From Planctomycetota bacterium (GTDB lineage: Bacteria; Planctomycetota; Planctomycetia; Planctomycetales; Planctomycetaceae): a stretch of DNA of 64,000 nt. The translations under genes were made by a program, and so were the position numbers. The stretch lies in contig JAYWHX010000009.1 in the NCBI GenBank assembly GCA_043777375.1, positions 94,918 through 158,917 of the forward strand, written 5' to 3'. How positions within the stretch are numbered: the first letter of the stretch is position 1; each line of letters opens with the position of its first letter. The notes below the pieces were generated by a model that searched no databases, had not been told where the DNA came from, and saw only the letters and a list, made by a program, of their open reading frames with translations. Below, piece by piece: positions 17,301 to 26,437 of the stretch.

Positions 17301-19836
17301 GACCGTACGCGGCACGGCGGGTATCCTGTTCGACACAGATGATGTCCAGACAAACATGACGCTGACCCGTAACACCTTCGTCGGCGGGAATGCCAACACG
17401 ACCTTTGGAGTCGGTGGCACCGTCCGAGATGGCGGGCTCAACATGCTCGTGGGAACCGTGAATCCTCTCGATGCGAATACCTTCACGAACAATCGTGATG
17501 CCCACATCGGTTTGGTTCTGGAGGGAGCCTCTGTCAACAACATTGAGATTGACAACGCCACCTTCACTGGAGCCATCGACATCCCGGGCACAACCAACTT
17601 CACGGGTGATGGCGTCACGCTTCTGTTGGGCGACACTGCAATCCTGACCGGGCACATCCGGAACAGCCAGATGCTGAATAACGCCGGTGACGGAGCCCGG
17701 ATCGGGGTGACCGGCAATAACGACGCTGGCAACATCGGCACGGTGGCCTCGCGGGTCAACAATTTCGAGATCACTGACAACCTGTTTCAGGCCAACGGTG
17801 ACGATGGACTGGCCCTTGTTCGAACGGAACGAGGTCAGTTCAACAACCTGCTGATTCAAGACAACATCTTTAACCTGAACCTCGATGATGGCTTGTTCGT
17901 CAACGTCGGCGGTGTCAGCCAAGGCAACCTGGCCAATGGACTTCCGGACACGATCGACATCCTGAACAACAACTTCACCAACAACGTCGGTGACGGGGTT
18001 GAGTTCCGGACAGAGGCCGATGCCGACCTGTTGGTGAACATGGATCTGAACCTGATTACGGGCAATACGCGGAACGGGATCTATGTGAGCGAACGTGTGA
18101 ACGATGCTCGCGATTCCCGGTCGATCACCGGAGTCTGGACTCGCAACGACATCACCGGGAACGGCTTTAGCGGCATCCAGCTGCAAGGTCACATGGGGAA
18201 CGCTGCGAATGACCCACTGGCGGGTCGCGGTCTGGTCATCGGAGATGTGACGCTCAACTCGGTGGGGACGTTGTCCAACCTCGGCAACCTGATCAGCGAC
18301 AACAACCTGGACGGAATCCAGATTACCGGCGGCGGTGTGGTGAACATCGGAGGTAACGAGATTACCTTCAATGGAACCACTGCGGGCGGGGTCTTCAACA
18401 ACGCGGGGATCAATATTCAGGGACCAGAATCTGAAAACGACGATTCGATTTTCCTGTCGGGTCAGGCTCCCGACTCTCTGGATGACATTAACCAAGCCGG
18501 GATCGCATTCCTGGAGGTCAGGGTTCTCAGCAATCTGATTTCACAGAACGTCGGCGACGGGGTTCGTCTGTTGAATGAAAGCGGTGCGGATGCGTTCGAC
18601 TCCCGGACCACGGACGGTGGCCCGCAGATCGGCATCACCACGAGCTTGACCCTACTCAACAACGAAATCACCCAGAACCAGTTCCGCGGCATCAATGTCC
18701 TCAACCGTGCGGGTGACACTGATAATACAGATCTCGACAACACTGACCCGAACGGAGACCCAAATCTCTACGATATTGGGGGGGTGATTGGCGATCTAAC
18801 CATCATCGGGAACCACGTGAAGGGGAACCTGCAAGAAGGAATCTACGTCGTCAACACAAACTCCACGGATCAATCGATCAGTGCGATCAGCAGTCAACTG
18901 CTGCAGGAGAATGGGATTGTGAATCGGTCGGTTTATCTGCGATCTGACATTCACAACAATCAGGTCATCGGGAACGGATCACAGGTCACGAACTTCCCGG
19001 CGACCGGACTGGTGGTTCGTGTCGGAACCTCGGGCGGTGGATTCAGTCCGTTCTTCGCGAATGTCTTCGCCACGACAGGTACGAACCTGGAAGATCCAGA
19101 CGGCGACGGCATCTTGAATGTTGACCTGGATGGCAATGGTGTCTTGAGTGCGGCAGCCAACAACTTCCTAGGTGGTGTCTCCATGTCAGTGACCGGCAAC
19201 ACCTTCGACGGCAACTACGGGGACGACATCTTGTTCCACTCGTTCCGTTCGACGGTCGACCCTGTCGCTTCGGCGGGTGTGTGGAGCGAAACAGAATTCC
19301 GGATCGATAACTTTCAGAGCGATCCTTTGTCTCGACTCGACCTGGTCTTTAGCAACAACGCCTTCAGCTCACTGGAAGCGAATAACCAGGATCTGACGAT
19401 TGTGGATAACCTTCAACCGGGTGCGTACTACAACAATGCGGAAGGGGATTTCAAATCGCGAACGGTGCGTAACGACACTTCGACTGGGCCATTCGGAAGC
19501 GCGGCGAGACTCCGGAATGCTCAACGCCTGCCGTCCCGTTACCTGACAAACACTCCTCTCCAACCGTTCCCACCTGTGCCTCCGTTCTCGATTAACTTCC
19601 TCTATCCGGGGATGGGTGACAGCACCTTCCGAGTTCGTGGTACAGGGAACACCTATACTGATCAGGGGCTGGGTGCTGTCAATGTCGCCGATGTCTTCAT
19701 CCTGGATGACCCAGGTCTGTCGGGTGACCCGACAATCGTGGACGCCGAATTCGAGGCGAATGGTGTCTTCCCGTTCCTCCCGACGAATGCCACTGGGACC
19801 CGCGGCGAATTGCCCTGGGGTTGGGGTGAGTTCTAA
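14377..19836 (+). CDS. Giant surface protein: signal peptide, inverse-autotransporter (intimin/invasin-type) beta-barrel, then a parallel beta-helix repeat passenger
   Basis: Signal peptide MKKTWKRWLGTVAAALVTSTALA. The barrel region (about nt 14602-15339) aligns by eye to the intimin beta-domain (ANVGLGYRFF..YGVSGWWDYD..LGMNVES..LRGGFSVPVG..GFDVGLGMYAL). Asp-rich TSP3-like repeats lie at 16153-16293. Many NxxxGNxxDGi PbH1-type repeats fill the rest. Confidence 0.75.
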   Translation: MKKTWKRWLGTVAAALVTSTALAQTPERTGVATMRGQSPSYSDEGSIRTGQASASATGNGVRQSQYVQSVDPGDVFEDALGGGYYAENGGVGFASTERVNDIIWRVGRNNLDNYGYNGGSTNINAFVPLSTDGSRSVIFLAPRASINDYGNGGANVGLGYRFFDPADDRVYGVSGWWDYDAGHRASYNQLGMNVESIGRWMSLRGGFSVPVGKDQTEFASILGDSQFVGSQIVATRTSFFEQSYANYNAEIATPLPGLARYGFDVGLGMYALDANSSSNIIGTSVRTQAQVTEDLWINGTYTYDSQFKSQFSLNLEITMPDGPPSQWFRRNPVQRSLTDNVLRNYRIAVSEEQKLTTEVLTNSGGGGNPNGGQAINVAFIDPNATVAGNGSQALPFMSLAEYMSLSVADREKFDILYVRRNTDLSDSDLNTTVTLLDFQKILGDGVLADGVTRPVLVSGQGAVSLPGTTGPLPLLSNSGATGMPVITLNDGNEVSGLTLDGTGTSAGIVGTGIDAFNIHDVFIQNVTDGIAITSNTTPVLGSSIENYGVIQRVNVQSSSTGDLVASNRGISITHTGGTLDLLLRGNTVTGFRGEDANGNGVLDPAEDTNNNGLLDVGEDINFDGNLDPKEDQNANGVLDRGVGIEVVANGGTINAHDPSDATRPSSIDNNTFTTNGNGLSLIANPGAVFNATVSDNTATGGTDPNGRAFEAIANGGTIHLFDVANNSASGGAGDGLVLVNQNGGTLTVESSVLGGPAFAANSFTGNGGDGLKIVVANATLTIADLNGITFDNNTGDGLELQALAGGTLNVTAPMTGSSFTNNDANGLNVNADGGTINLQIGGVIVDGETTQNIGNLFTGNGESGLAFNTTNNGIINTGLFFNTASTNGASGGDGVQFNVNTGAINVSGISGNTLTNNRGNGLSILDTAGGTFSVPFISDNNFNDNDEAGMFVGGSGGLVNGIINLGSVTRNSFDRTVRGTAGILFDTDDVQTNMTLTRNTFVGGNANTTFGVGGTVRDGGLNMLVGTVNPLDANTFTNNRDAHIGLVLEGASVNNIEIDNATFTGAIDIPGTTNFTGDGVTLLLGDTAILTGHIRNSQMLNNAGDGARIGVTGNNDAGNIGTVASRVNNFEITDNLFQANGDDGLALVRTERGQFNNLLIQDNIFNLNLDDGLFVNVGGVSQGNLANGLPDTIDILNNNFTNNVGDGVEFRTEADADLLVNMDLNLITGNTRNGIYVSERVNDARDSRSITGVWTRNDITGNGFSGIQLQGHMGNAANDPLAGRGLVIGDVTLNSVGTLSNLGNLISDNNLDGIQITGGGVVNIGGNEITFNGTTAGGVFNNAGINIQGPESENDDSIFLSGQAPDSLDDINQAGIAFLEVRVLSNLISQNVGDGVRLLNESGADAFDSRTTDGGPQIGITTSLTLLNNEITQNQFRGINVLNRAGDTDNTDLDNTDPNGDPNLYDIGGVIGDLTIIGNHVKGNLQEGIYVVNTNSTDQSISAISSQLLQENGIVNRSVYLRSDIHNNQVIGNGSQVTNFPATGLVVRVGTSGGGFSPFFANVFATTGTNLEDPDGDGILNVDLDGNGVLSAAANNFLGGVSMSVTGNTFDGNYGDDILFHSFRSTVDPVASAGVWSETEFRIDNFQSDPLSRLDLVFSNNAFSSLEANNQDLTIVDNLQPGAYYNNAEGDFKSRTVRNDTSTGPFGSAARLRNAQRLPSRYLTNTPLQPFPPVPPFSINFLYPGMGDSTFRVRGTGNTYTDQGLGAVNVADVFILDDPGLSGDPTIVDAEFEANGVFPFLPTNATGTRGELPWGWGEF

Positions 19837-19867
19837 CTCCCCAGCTGTGACAGCTTGAACATCGATC

Positions 19868-19903
19868 ACACGCCCTTCGAGGTTTTCGAAGGGCGTGTTT
19901 TTT
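19868..19903 (+). terminator. Intrinsic terminator of the giant surface protein gene
   Basis: A 13-bp stem (acacgcccttcga / tcgaagggcgtgt) with a 5-nt loop, ending in a T6 run. Confidence 0.85.
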
Positions 19904-20585
19904 ATGGGCCAGCCGCAATCCCGTGGAACACTGACAGCTTCGGAGCTACCCAGCAGAGTCTGTGGGGATTGGTGCATCCCCATCGTGATTGACCGAGCGG
20001 AGGGGTTGATGAAAAAAAGATCTGGCCAGCCTGGACTATGTGCTGGAATGTTCAGGCACACGGCTCTCGCTAATAAGGTGGGCACAACACCCCCAGCTGT
20101 CGACTTTTCCCGTCAAGTCCCAATCGCGGGGGTCACAATCGTTGAGCCCGCTGCGCCAGCCAGGGCCGCGTGGCTCAAACCTAGGTTTCCTCAGCAGGAG
20201 AGGTGAGTTGGTCGCCTTATCTCTGAAAAAGACACCGTCTCGCTGATTGAATCGCGACCCTGCCCAGCAGGTCGACTCACGGTCCCAGTGATCGATGTCC
20301 GGCACGCGGCCCTGGCTGGCGCAGCGGGCTTAGGTTGGGAGTTCTCTCCGGTGCCATAATATCTGGCCGCACACTGTCAGAGCCTCCTCACCCGCAGACT
20401 TGACGAATTCGGTAAAGTTGGGGAGTCTGGGAGGAAGAGATCATTCGGAATACGCGAACGGACTTGGAATCCATTTTCGATCATGCATTGCAAATGGCCG
20501 GAGTCGGTCATGGGGAATGATTCTGATGCCGATTCTCTGCCGAAGAGGGTTTCTCCGCTTGGCCACAAATTGATCGCAACACTCC

Positions 20586-21755
20586 ATGGCAGCCAACACA
20601 AATCTCGCCAAGAACGACTCTGCTCCCAAAGCCTCCACTCAAGGTCCATTCACCCTGTGGCTCGGGATGAATGTGTCGACGATGGCGCAGGTGGCTCGTC
20701 TCGGGGCAGAAATGCACCCATCTCGTTGGGCTCGCCTGGCCCTGCTGCCGGGTATGGCGGTTTACAATTCGGTCATGTCTTTTGTCGAAAACGTACGGTT
20801 CGGGAAGAAGCTGCGAGAAACGGAAATCAAGCAGCCACCCATTTTCGTACTGGGTCACTGGAGAAGCGGTTCCACGCTGTTGCACAACCTGATTACCTCG
20901 GACCCGCAGTTCAGTTTCGTCAATCTGTATCAGGCGATGTTTCCGACCCATTGCCTGACAACCGAGTGGTTGGGTTCGAAAATTGCGTCGCCCATGCTGC
21001 CCAAGACTCGTCCGATGGACAATATGGGGATCAGCTTCGATCTGCCGATGGAAGACGAGTTTGCCCTGTGTGTCATGACAGGTTTCTCCCCGTATTTGCT
21101 CCCCATTTTTCAGCACCAGCCCCGGAAAATCGATCGATTCTTCAATGTTGAGAAGGGCCTGAATCCCCAAGAACTTCAGTCCTGGAAAGACGCCCTGACC
21201 CTGCTGATGAAGAAGGTCACTTTGAAGACGGGAAAGCCCGTCGTCTTGAAATCGCCGTCCCACACGTTTCGAACGAAGCTCCTGCTGGAGATGTTCCCAG
21301 ACGCCAAATTTGTGTACATCTATCGAAACCCCTATGCGGTTTTGAAATCGAGCGTCCACTTCCGCAAGACGATCTTCGAAGAAAATGCACTCGGACGAAG
21401 CCAGACGGAAGACATGTCCGATGAGGTACTCAACAGCTATGAAGAGTGCTTCCAGACCTATGAGAGAGATCGACTTCTCGTCCCCAAGGGGAACCTGCAC
21501 GAAGTTCGTTTCGAGAGCCTGGAAGCAGATCCCGTCGGTGAAATGCGGAAGATGTACGAGACTTTGGGCCTAGGTGGGTTTGAAAGATTGCAGACCGCCC
21601 TTGAGCCACAGATGGAGGCGTTGAGGAAGTACAAGAAGAATAAGTTCAACGACGATCCCGAGGTGATGCAGCGGATCTACCAGCGTTTGAAGTTCGCCTT
21701 TGACCGCTACGGATACTCGCCGCCGCATGTGGAGTCCGAGCAGGCAGCGGCTTGA
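20586..21755 (+). CDS. Sulfotransferase family protein
   Basis: PAPS-binding 5'-PSB-like motif FVLGHWRSGSTLLHNLI, and a later RNPYAV segment typical of sulfotransferases. Confidence 0.7.
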   Translation: MAANTNLAKNDSAPKASTQGPFTLWLGMNVSTMAQVARLGAEMHPSRWARLALLPGMAVYNSVMSFVENVRFGKKLRETEIKQPPIFVLGHWRSGSTLLHNLITSDPQFSFVNLYQAMFPTHCLTTEWLGSKIASPMLPKTRPMDNMGISFDLPMEDEFALCVMTGFSPYLLPIFQHQPRKIDRFFNVEKGLNPQELQSWKDALTLLMKKVTLKTGKPVVLKSPSHTFRTKLLLEMFPDAKFVYIYRNPYAVLKSSVHFRKTIFEENALGRSQTEDMSDEVLNSYEECFQTYERDRLLVPKGNLHEVRFESLEADPVGEMRKMYETLGLGGFERLQTALEPQMEALRKYKKNKFNDDPEVMQRIYQRLKFAFDRYGYSPPHVESEQAAA

Positions 21756-21858
21756 TTATCGGCGTCCCATGCCGCTGAACACACCACCTTGGACGCCCCC
21801 GAGAAGGAACACCCTTCTCCACGTTGTACGAAAACGGTCAACCAGTCACCACGATTTC

Positions 21859-21883
21859 GGGCCAAGCCACAACAGCTTGGCCC
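21859..21883 (+). terminator. Possible terminator hairpin downstream of the sulfotransferase gene
   Basis: A 9-bp stem (gggccaagc / gcttggccc) with a 7-nt loop, followed by gtttgcattt. Confidence 0.3.
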
Positions 21884-22196
21884 GTTTGCATTTACATGCA
21901 ATATCCGAGGTATACCAACGAAATCGCTCCAGAATTCCAGCGGAACCCGTGCCCAGATCGTCCTGCCGTCAGTCGTCTCAGCGATGCTGGTTCGTTTTGA
22001 GGAGGAATCCTCGCAACGCCGCTCCAGCCCAACGAGACGCACGTTGACGGTTTTTGCCATTTCGGCGTAGACTCCCCGACCGGTTTTCGGCGGTGATGGA
22101 TCATGGCCGAACTGGTGCGACATCGCCCTGCGCGATTCGCCTGATTTTCTCGATGGGGCGGGCTGCCATTCCCCATCCGCTGGAGGATGAGCGGTC

Positions 22197-23204
22197 ATGT
22201 CTGCGGCAGAGCATCTCATCCCACATTCCCAGTTCGATCAGCTGCGGGAAGCCCGCGAGATTCTGAAACTGGAATCGGACGCACTCCTTGAGGTCGCCCG
22301 TCGACTCGATGCGGGATTCTGCGCAGCGGTCGATCTCCTGCTGAGCTGCTCCGGCAGTGTCATCGTCTGCGGTATGGGCAAGGCAGGCCTGATCGGCCAG
22401 AAGTTGACCGCAACGTTGTCTTCGACAGGGACCCGAGCACACTTTCTGCATCCGGCGGAAGCTGTCCACGGAGACTTGGGCTGCCTGCACCCGCAAGACG
22501 TCCTACTGGCTCTCTCCAACAGCGGTGAAACCGACGAGATCTCGGCCCTGCTTCCGACCGTGAAGCGCATGGGGGTCCCGATCATTGCCGTCACTAGCTC
22601 CGATCGCAGCACGCTGGGGCAGCAGGCCGATGTTCGCATTCTACTGGGCCGCCTGCGTGAAGCTGGACCGTGGGGGCTGGCTCCCACAACGAGTACAACC
22701 GCCATGCTGGCAGTGGGTGATGCTCTGGCGCTCGTCGTCGCGCGCCAACGAGGATTCACCCCGCAGCAATTCGCCACCTTTCACCCCGCTGGCAGCCTCG
22801 GCCGTCAGCTGAAATCCGTCACAGAGATCATGCGACCGCGGTCCGCTCTGCGGCTGGCCCGAGCCGTCCAAACCGTCCGCGAAGTCTTCGTCACCACGCC
22901 TGTTCCCGGTCGTCGCACGGGTGCAGTGTTGTTGCTCGACGAGGACGGCACGCTAGCGGGCCTGTTCACGGATAGTGATCTGGCTCGTCTCATGGAACAA
23001 CGTCGCGACGAAGCTCTGGATCGACCGATCGCCGAGGTCATGACTCCCCGCCCGGTCACGCTCCCCATGACAGCCATGTTCTCGGACATCGTGGCCATCC
23101 TCTCCGAGAGAAAGATCAGCGAGATCCCTGTCGTTGACCGACACGGAGTCCCCGTCGGGCTGATTGACATCACCGATGTGATCGGCTGGTTGCCAACGCA
23201 GTAA
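22197..23204 (+). CDS. kdsD: KpsF/GutQ family arabinose-5-phosphate isomerase (SIS + 2 CBS domains)
   Basis: SIS motif VIVCGMGKAGLIGQKLTATLSSTG and SNSGET, with tandem CBS domains at the C-terminus. GGAGGA lies upstream of the ATG. Confidence 0.85.
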   Translation: MSAAEHLIPHSQFDQLREAREILKLESDALLEVARRLDAGFCAAVDLLLSCSGSVIVCGMGKAGLIGQKLTATLSSTGTRAHFLHPAEAVHGDLGCLHPQDVLLALSNSGETDEISALLPTVKRMGVPIIAVTSSDRSTLGQQADVRILLGRLREAGPWGLAPTTSTTAMLAVGDALALVVARQRGFTPQQFATFHPAGSLGRQLKSVTEIMRPRSALRLARAVQTVREVFVTTPVPGRRTGAVLLLDEDGTLAGLFTDSDLARLMEQRRDEALDRPIAEVMTPRPVTLPMTAMFSDIVAILSERKISEIPVVDRHGVPVGLIDITDVIGWLPTQ

Positions 23205-23246
23205 CCCGCCCGCCTTCCCTCGTCCATACACTCCGGTGTGCCTTCC

Positions 23247-26200
23247 ATGCAGCGATTTCTCCTCACCTGTGCAATCAGCTTGGGCCTGCTGGCAGCCCTG
23301 CAGCTGTACACCCAGGTGATGGCCCCGCTGACTCGTGCTGTGGAGCTGCCGAAGCGTCCTGTGCGGAGTTCACCCGGCGCAAAGCCGTCCGGTATCGTCA
23401 GTGCAGTCGCACAGTCTTGGCTACCTGATGAGGAGTGGCTCAAAACGGCCGTCATCGAGTGGAAACGCTCCGACCAGTCCTTTATGTATGCCCGAACGGT
23501 GACAGCCGCGGAAAAGACGACACTGGATTCTCGTGACGTCACGTCCGGTGACACGATCCGCATGGAGCCGTTCGCCATGATCTGGAGGGACGAGCGGCAC
23601 CCCCATGATCCGCCACTCACGATCGTAGCCGAATCAGCCCGCGTGACATTCGAGAACCAGTTCTTCGATCAGGGCCAACTGGCCCACAATTCGATCAACC
23701 TCTCCGGGGGAGACGCTGGACGCGTTGTGTCCGCAGCACTCGAAGGCCTGGTTCGCGTCACGGGTCCCGATGGGCTGGTGATCAGTGGCCAGGATTTCAT
23801 TTTCGTCGAGGAGAATGCCCAACTCTACAGCGACCGGGCCGTGAACTTTCGGTATGGACCGCCGCGTCAGGGAAAGCCAGTCCAGGTCAGAGGCACAAGT
23901 GCTGGATTGGTGATCGACTTCACCCCAGCTCCGCATTCGCCGCTCGGAAATGATATGCCCCGCATCGAACAGCTGCCGCAATCCGTTCAATTGCGTGGCC
24001 GAGTCGCTCTCGATTTCATCTCCGAGGATGCTGGCCAGCCGACCAAGACTCGTGTCACCAGCGAGGGCCCCTTTCAATACGACTTCGAACACCACACTGC
24101 ATCATTCAGCGAAAAAGTCCTGGTGAGCCGCCCCCGAGGAAAAAACCATCGCGATGAAATCGAATGCAGCCTGCTCGCCTTGATCTTTGGGGAAGCCCCG
24201 AAGTCGCTCGATTCGAGTGCTCAAGACATTGTCCCCGCGAATGCCACTCAACTGGATGGAGTGGACCAGCCACAAGACAACGAGCCGGGACTGCTCTCAC
24301 GAATGGAGCTCAAGAGCGTTTGGGCTCGAACCACCCAGAAGCCCGGCTCAGTCACTCGCGAACAGGTGGTACTCCGCTCGTCCGAGAATGGGCTGACCTG
24401 TTCACTGGAAGACCTGGCGTACGATGTCTCGAAGCAGCTGTTCACATTGACGGATCGGAAGCAGGTCCAGGTCGTCCGTGAGTTTGACGGGCAGGTGCAC
24501 AAGTTCGATGCCCCCAAGATCGAAATTCGGCACTCCGACGACCAGCGGTTACAACAGCTTTCGGGTGTTGGTGCTGGGAGTTTCTCCCATCGAGCGGATG
24601 CGCAGTCTGTGGGACGGCCGGACCTGTTGGCCTACTGGAAGGATCGGATGGACCTCATTCCGAATCCGCAGGAGCAGGAGACGACTCTGACGCTGCGCGG
24701 CAACGCTACCGTCGAGCAACTCGACCAGTTGCAATTCTCGGGTCAGACTCTGACCGCCTGGTTGCCCCCTCTGGAAGACCTGAGTGCGGGTGTCGTCACA
24801 ACTGGCTCACGGACTCGACCAGTGTCCAAAAAGGTCTCCCCCGACCAAGTTCCTATCCGTCGCATTCAAGCAATAGGAAATGTGACGTTCATTGTCCCGG
24901 GTGTGGTCGGACGCCGTATCGATCAGGTCAATATTCAAATCGTACCGGGTCAGATCATTCCTCTGAACCAACCAGATCGATCACGAGACATCGACATCAA
25001 TGGCAATGAAGCGGAGGACGACTCGCTCTTGGCTGGCGAGCCGGTCGTCTTCGAGTGCGCGCGGATCGACGGGATTGCGGTGTTCGATTCTGCCACGCAG
25101 CAGGCCGATATTCGGGAACTGCATGGCACCGAAGGTGTCCAAGTATTCCGCGCCACTCCGGAGTCTAATGGCGTTGAGCTGCCCTTCGAGCAACAGCCAT
25201 TCCGGATGACTGCCCATGAGTTTGACGTGACCAATGAAGGCGGTACGCGCCAGATTCTGACTCTGCGAGGCGTCGTTGATGAACAGGGTAATATCCGCGA
25301 GCCAGTCATCGCCAAGATTGGGGACTACGCGATGGAAGGCCCTCGGATTGTGTTCGATCGAGCGAAGAATCTGGTCACGGTCGAAATCGATCGTCACAAG
25401 CTCGTGAAAGGCCCGGCCGTCTTGCGGTTTCCGGTCAATCGCGACTTCTCCGGCCAGCCACTGAATCCGCCAGCCATCGCAAACATTGCCTGCGTGGAGA
25501 AGATCACGTTTGATGGTCAAAACGCAACCTTCTTGCAAAGCGTCAAAGCGACGGTTCTGGCAAACGTCATCAAAGCCGAAGAATTGACAGTCACTTTGAA
25601 TGGACGTCTTGACTTCAGCGCCGACCGACCAGATACCAGCAACCTCGCGATCCAGACGATCCGTTGCCGGGACAAGGTCTCTGTCGAAATGTATCAGCGC
25701 GATCCCAAGAACATCCAACTCATCGAGATTCTCGTTGCGACTCTTCAACAGTTCGTCATCGACCCGGAATCGGGCAAGTTCGAGGGGCAAGGCCCCGGAA
25801 AGTTGGAGGACTGGAGACGCACTGGAACCCGTCGCATGCTCGTCCAGTCACGCGGAACCGCTCAGGCCAATCGTCCAGCTGACACCAATCGTGACTACGA
25901 ATGGGAATATGTCGGTCTCGATTTCAAAGGCCAGCTGGAAGGCAACACTCAGGACCGGTGGGGCAAACTCCATCGCGAAGTGAAGCTCATGTATGCGCCC
26001 GTCAAAAACGCTCACCAGGTGTTCAAACACGACGACCTCTCCAGCGAAGCCCCAAACTCTGCCAATGCTGTCTGGGTGGGGAGTGATACTCTGACTGTCG
26101 GCTTCGCGGGGGATCGCCTCTCTGGTCAACAGCCGTCGGTCTTCATCGAGGCTCATGGCAATGCGGCGATGGAGGGACGGTTGTTCTACGCGCAGGCGAA

Positions 26201-26399
26201 CTCGCTGCACTACGAACAGGCCAAGGAGATGTTCACTCTGCGCGGCAAGGGGCAAGACAATGCCACCGTGAATGTGCAGCCTTATCCCGGTGGGCCATTC
26301 AGTCCGCTTAAGGCACGCACCATTGAACTTCACCCGTCGAAGCAGAAGGTCTCCGTCGACGGGGCCACGACCTTCACCACAGCATTCGGGGGACAGTAA
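23247..26399 (+). CDS. Large N-terminally anchored envelope protein, unknown function (possible repeated LptC/LptA/OstA-like beta-jellyroll modules)
   Basis: N-terminal hydrophobic anchor MQRFLLTCAISLGLLAALQL (a GTG at 23238 is also possible). Beta-rich segments recur, of the type LEGLVRVTGPDGLVISGQDFIFVEENAQLYSDRAVNF and ANSLHYEQAKEMFTLRGKGQDNATVNVQ. The start lies 43 nt after the kdsD stop. Confidence 0.4.
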   Translation: MQRFLLTCAISLGLLAALQLYTQVMAPLTRAVELPKRPVRSSPGAKPSGIVSAVAQSWLPDEEWLKTAVIEWKRSDQSFMYARTVTAAEKTTLDSRDVTSGDTIRMEPFAMIWRDERHPHDPPLTIVAESARVTFENQFFDQGQLAHNSINLSGGDAGRVVSAALEGLVRVTGPDGLVISGQDFIFVEENAQLYSDRAVNFRYGPPRQGKPVQVRGTSAGLVIDFTPAPHSPLGNDMPRIEQLPQSVQLRGRVALDFISEDAGQPTKTRVTSEGPFQYDFEHHTASFSEKVLVSRPRGKNHRDEIECSLLALIFGEAPKSLDSSAQDIVPANATQLDGVDQPQDNEPGLLSRMELKSVWARTTQKPGSVTREQVVLRSSENGLTCSLEDLAYDVSKQLFTLTDRKQVQVVREFDGQVHKFDAPKIEIRHSDDQRLQQLSGVGAGSFSHRADAQSVGRPDLLAYWKDRMDLIPNPQEQETTLTLRGNATVEQLDQLQFSGQTLTAWLPPLEDLSAGVVTTGSRTRPVSKKVSPDQVPIRRIQAIGNVTFIVPGVVGRRIDQVNIQIVPGQIIPLNQPDRSRDIDINGNEAEDDSLLAGEPVVFECARIDGIAVFDSATQQADIRELHGTEGVQVFRATPESNGVELPFEQQPFRMTAHEFDVTNEGGTRQILTLRGVVDEQGNIREPVIAKIGDYAMEGPRIVFDRAKNLVTVEIDRHKLVKGPAVLRFPVNRDFSGQPLNPPAIANIACVEKITFDGQNATFLQSVKATVLANVIKAEELTVTLNGRLDFSADRPDTSNLAIQTIRCRDKVSVEMYQRDPKNIQLIEILVATLQQFVIDPESGKFEGQGPGKLEDWRRTGTRRMLVQSRGTAQANRPADTNRDYEWEYVGLDFKGQLEGNTQDRWGKLHREVKLMYAPVKNAHQVFKHDDLSSEAPNSANAVWVGSDTLTVGFAGDRLSGQQPSVFIEAHGNAAMEGRLFYAQANSLHYEQAKEMFTLRGKGQDNATVNVQPYPGGPFSPLKARTIELHPSKQKVSVDGATTFTTAFGGQ

Positions 26400-26437
26400 C
26401 TCTGCCCCGTACCGGCGGAAGATCCTGATCAGCGCCC

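Noticed and set aside
16687-18495. 602-aa minus-strand ORF, together with other long antisense ORFs at 14104-14943 and 16926-17780, inside the giant surface protein gene
   Set aside because: They lie entirely antisense to a plus-strand frame with clear domain repeats. Their products are Val/Asp/Arg-rich with no motifs. This is typical of spurious open frames opposite GC-rich repetitive coding DNA.
21756-22196. 440-bp gap before kdsD containing the ORF-track entries 21707-22219 (-) and 21700-22047 (+)
   Set aside because: The translations are Arg/Ser/Cys-rich without motifs or signal sequences. No RNA-gene signature was recognised, so I left the region as intergenic.
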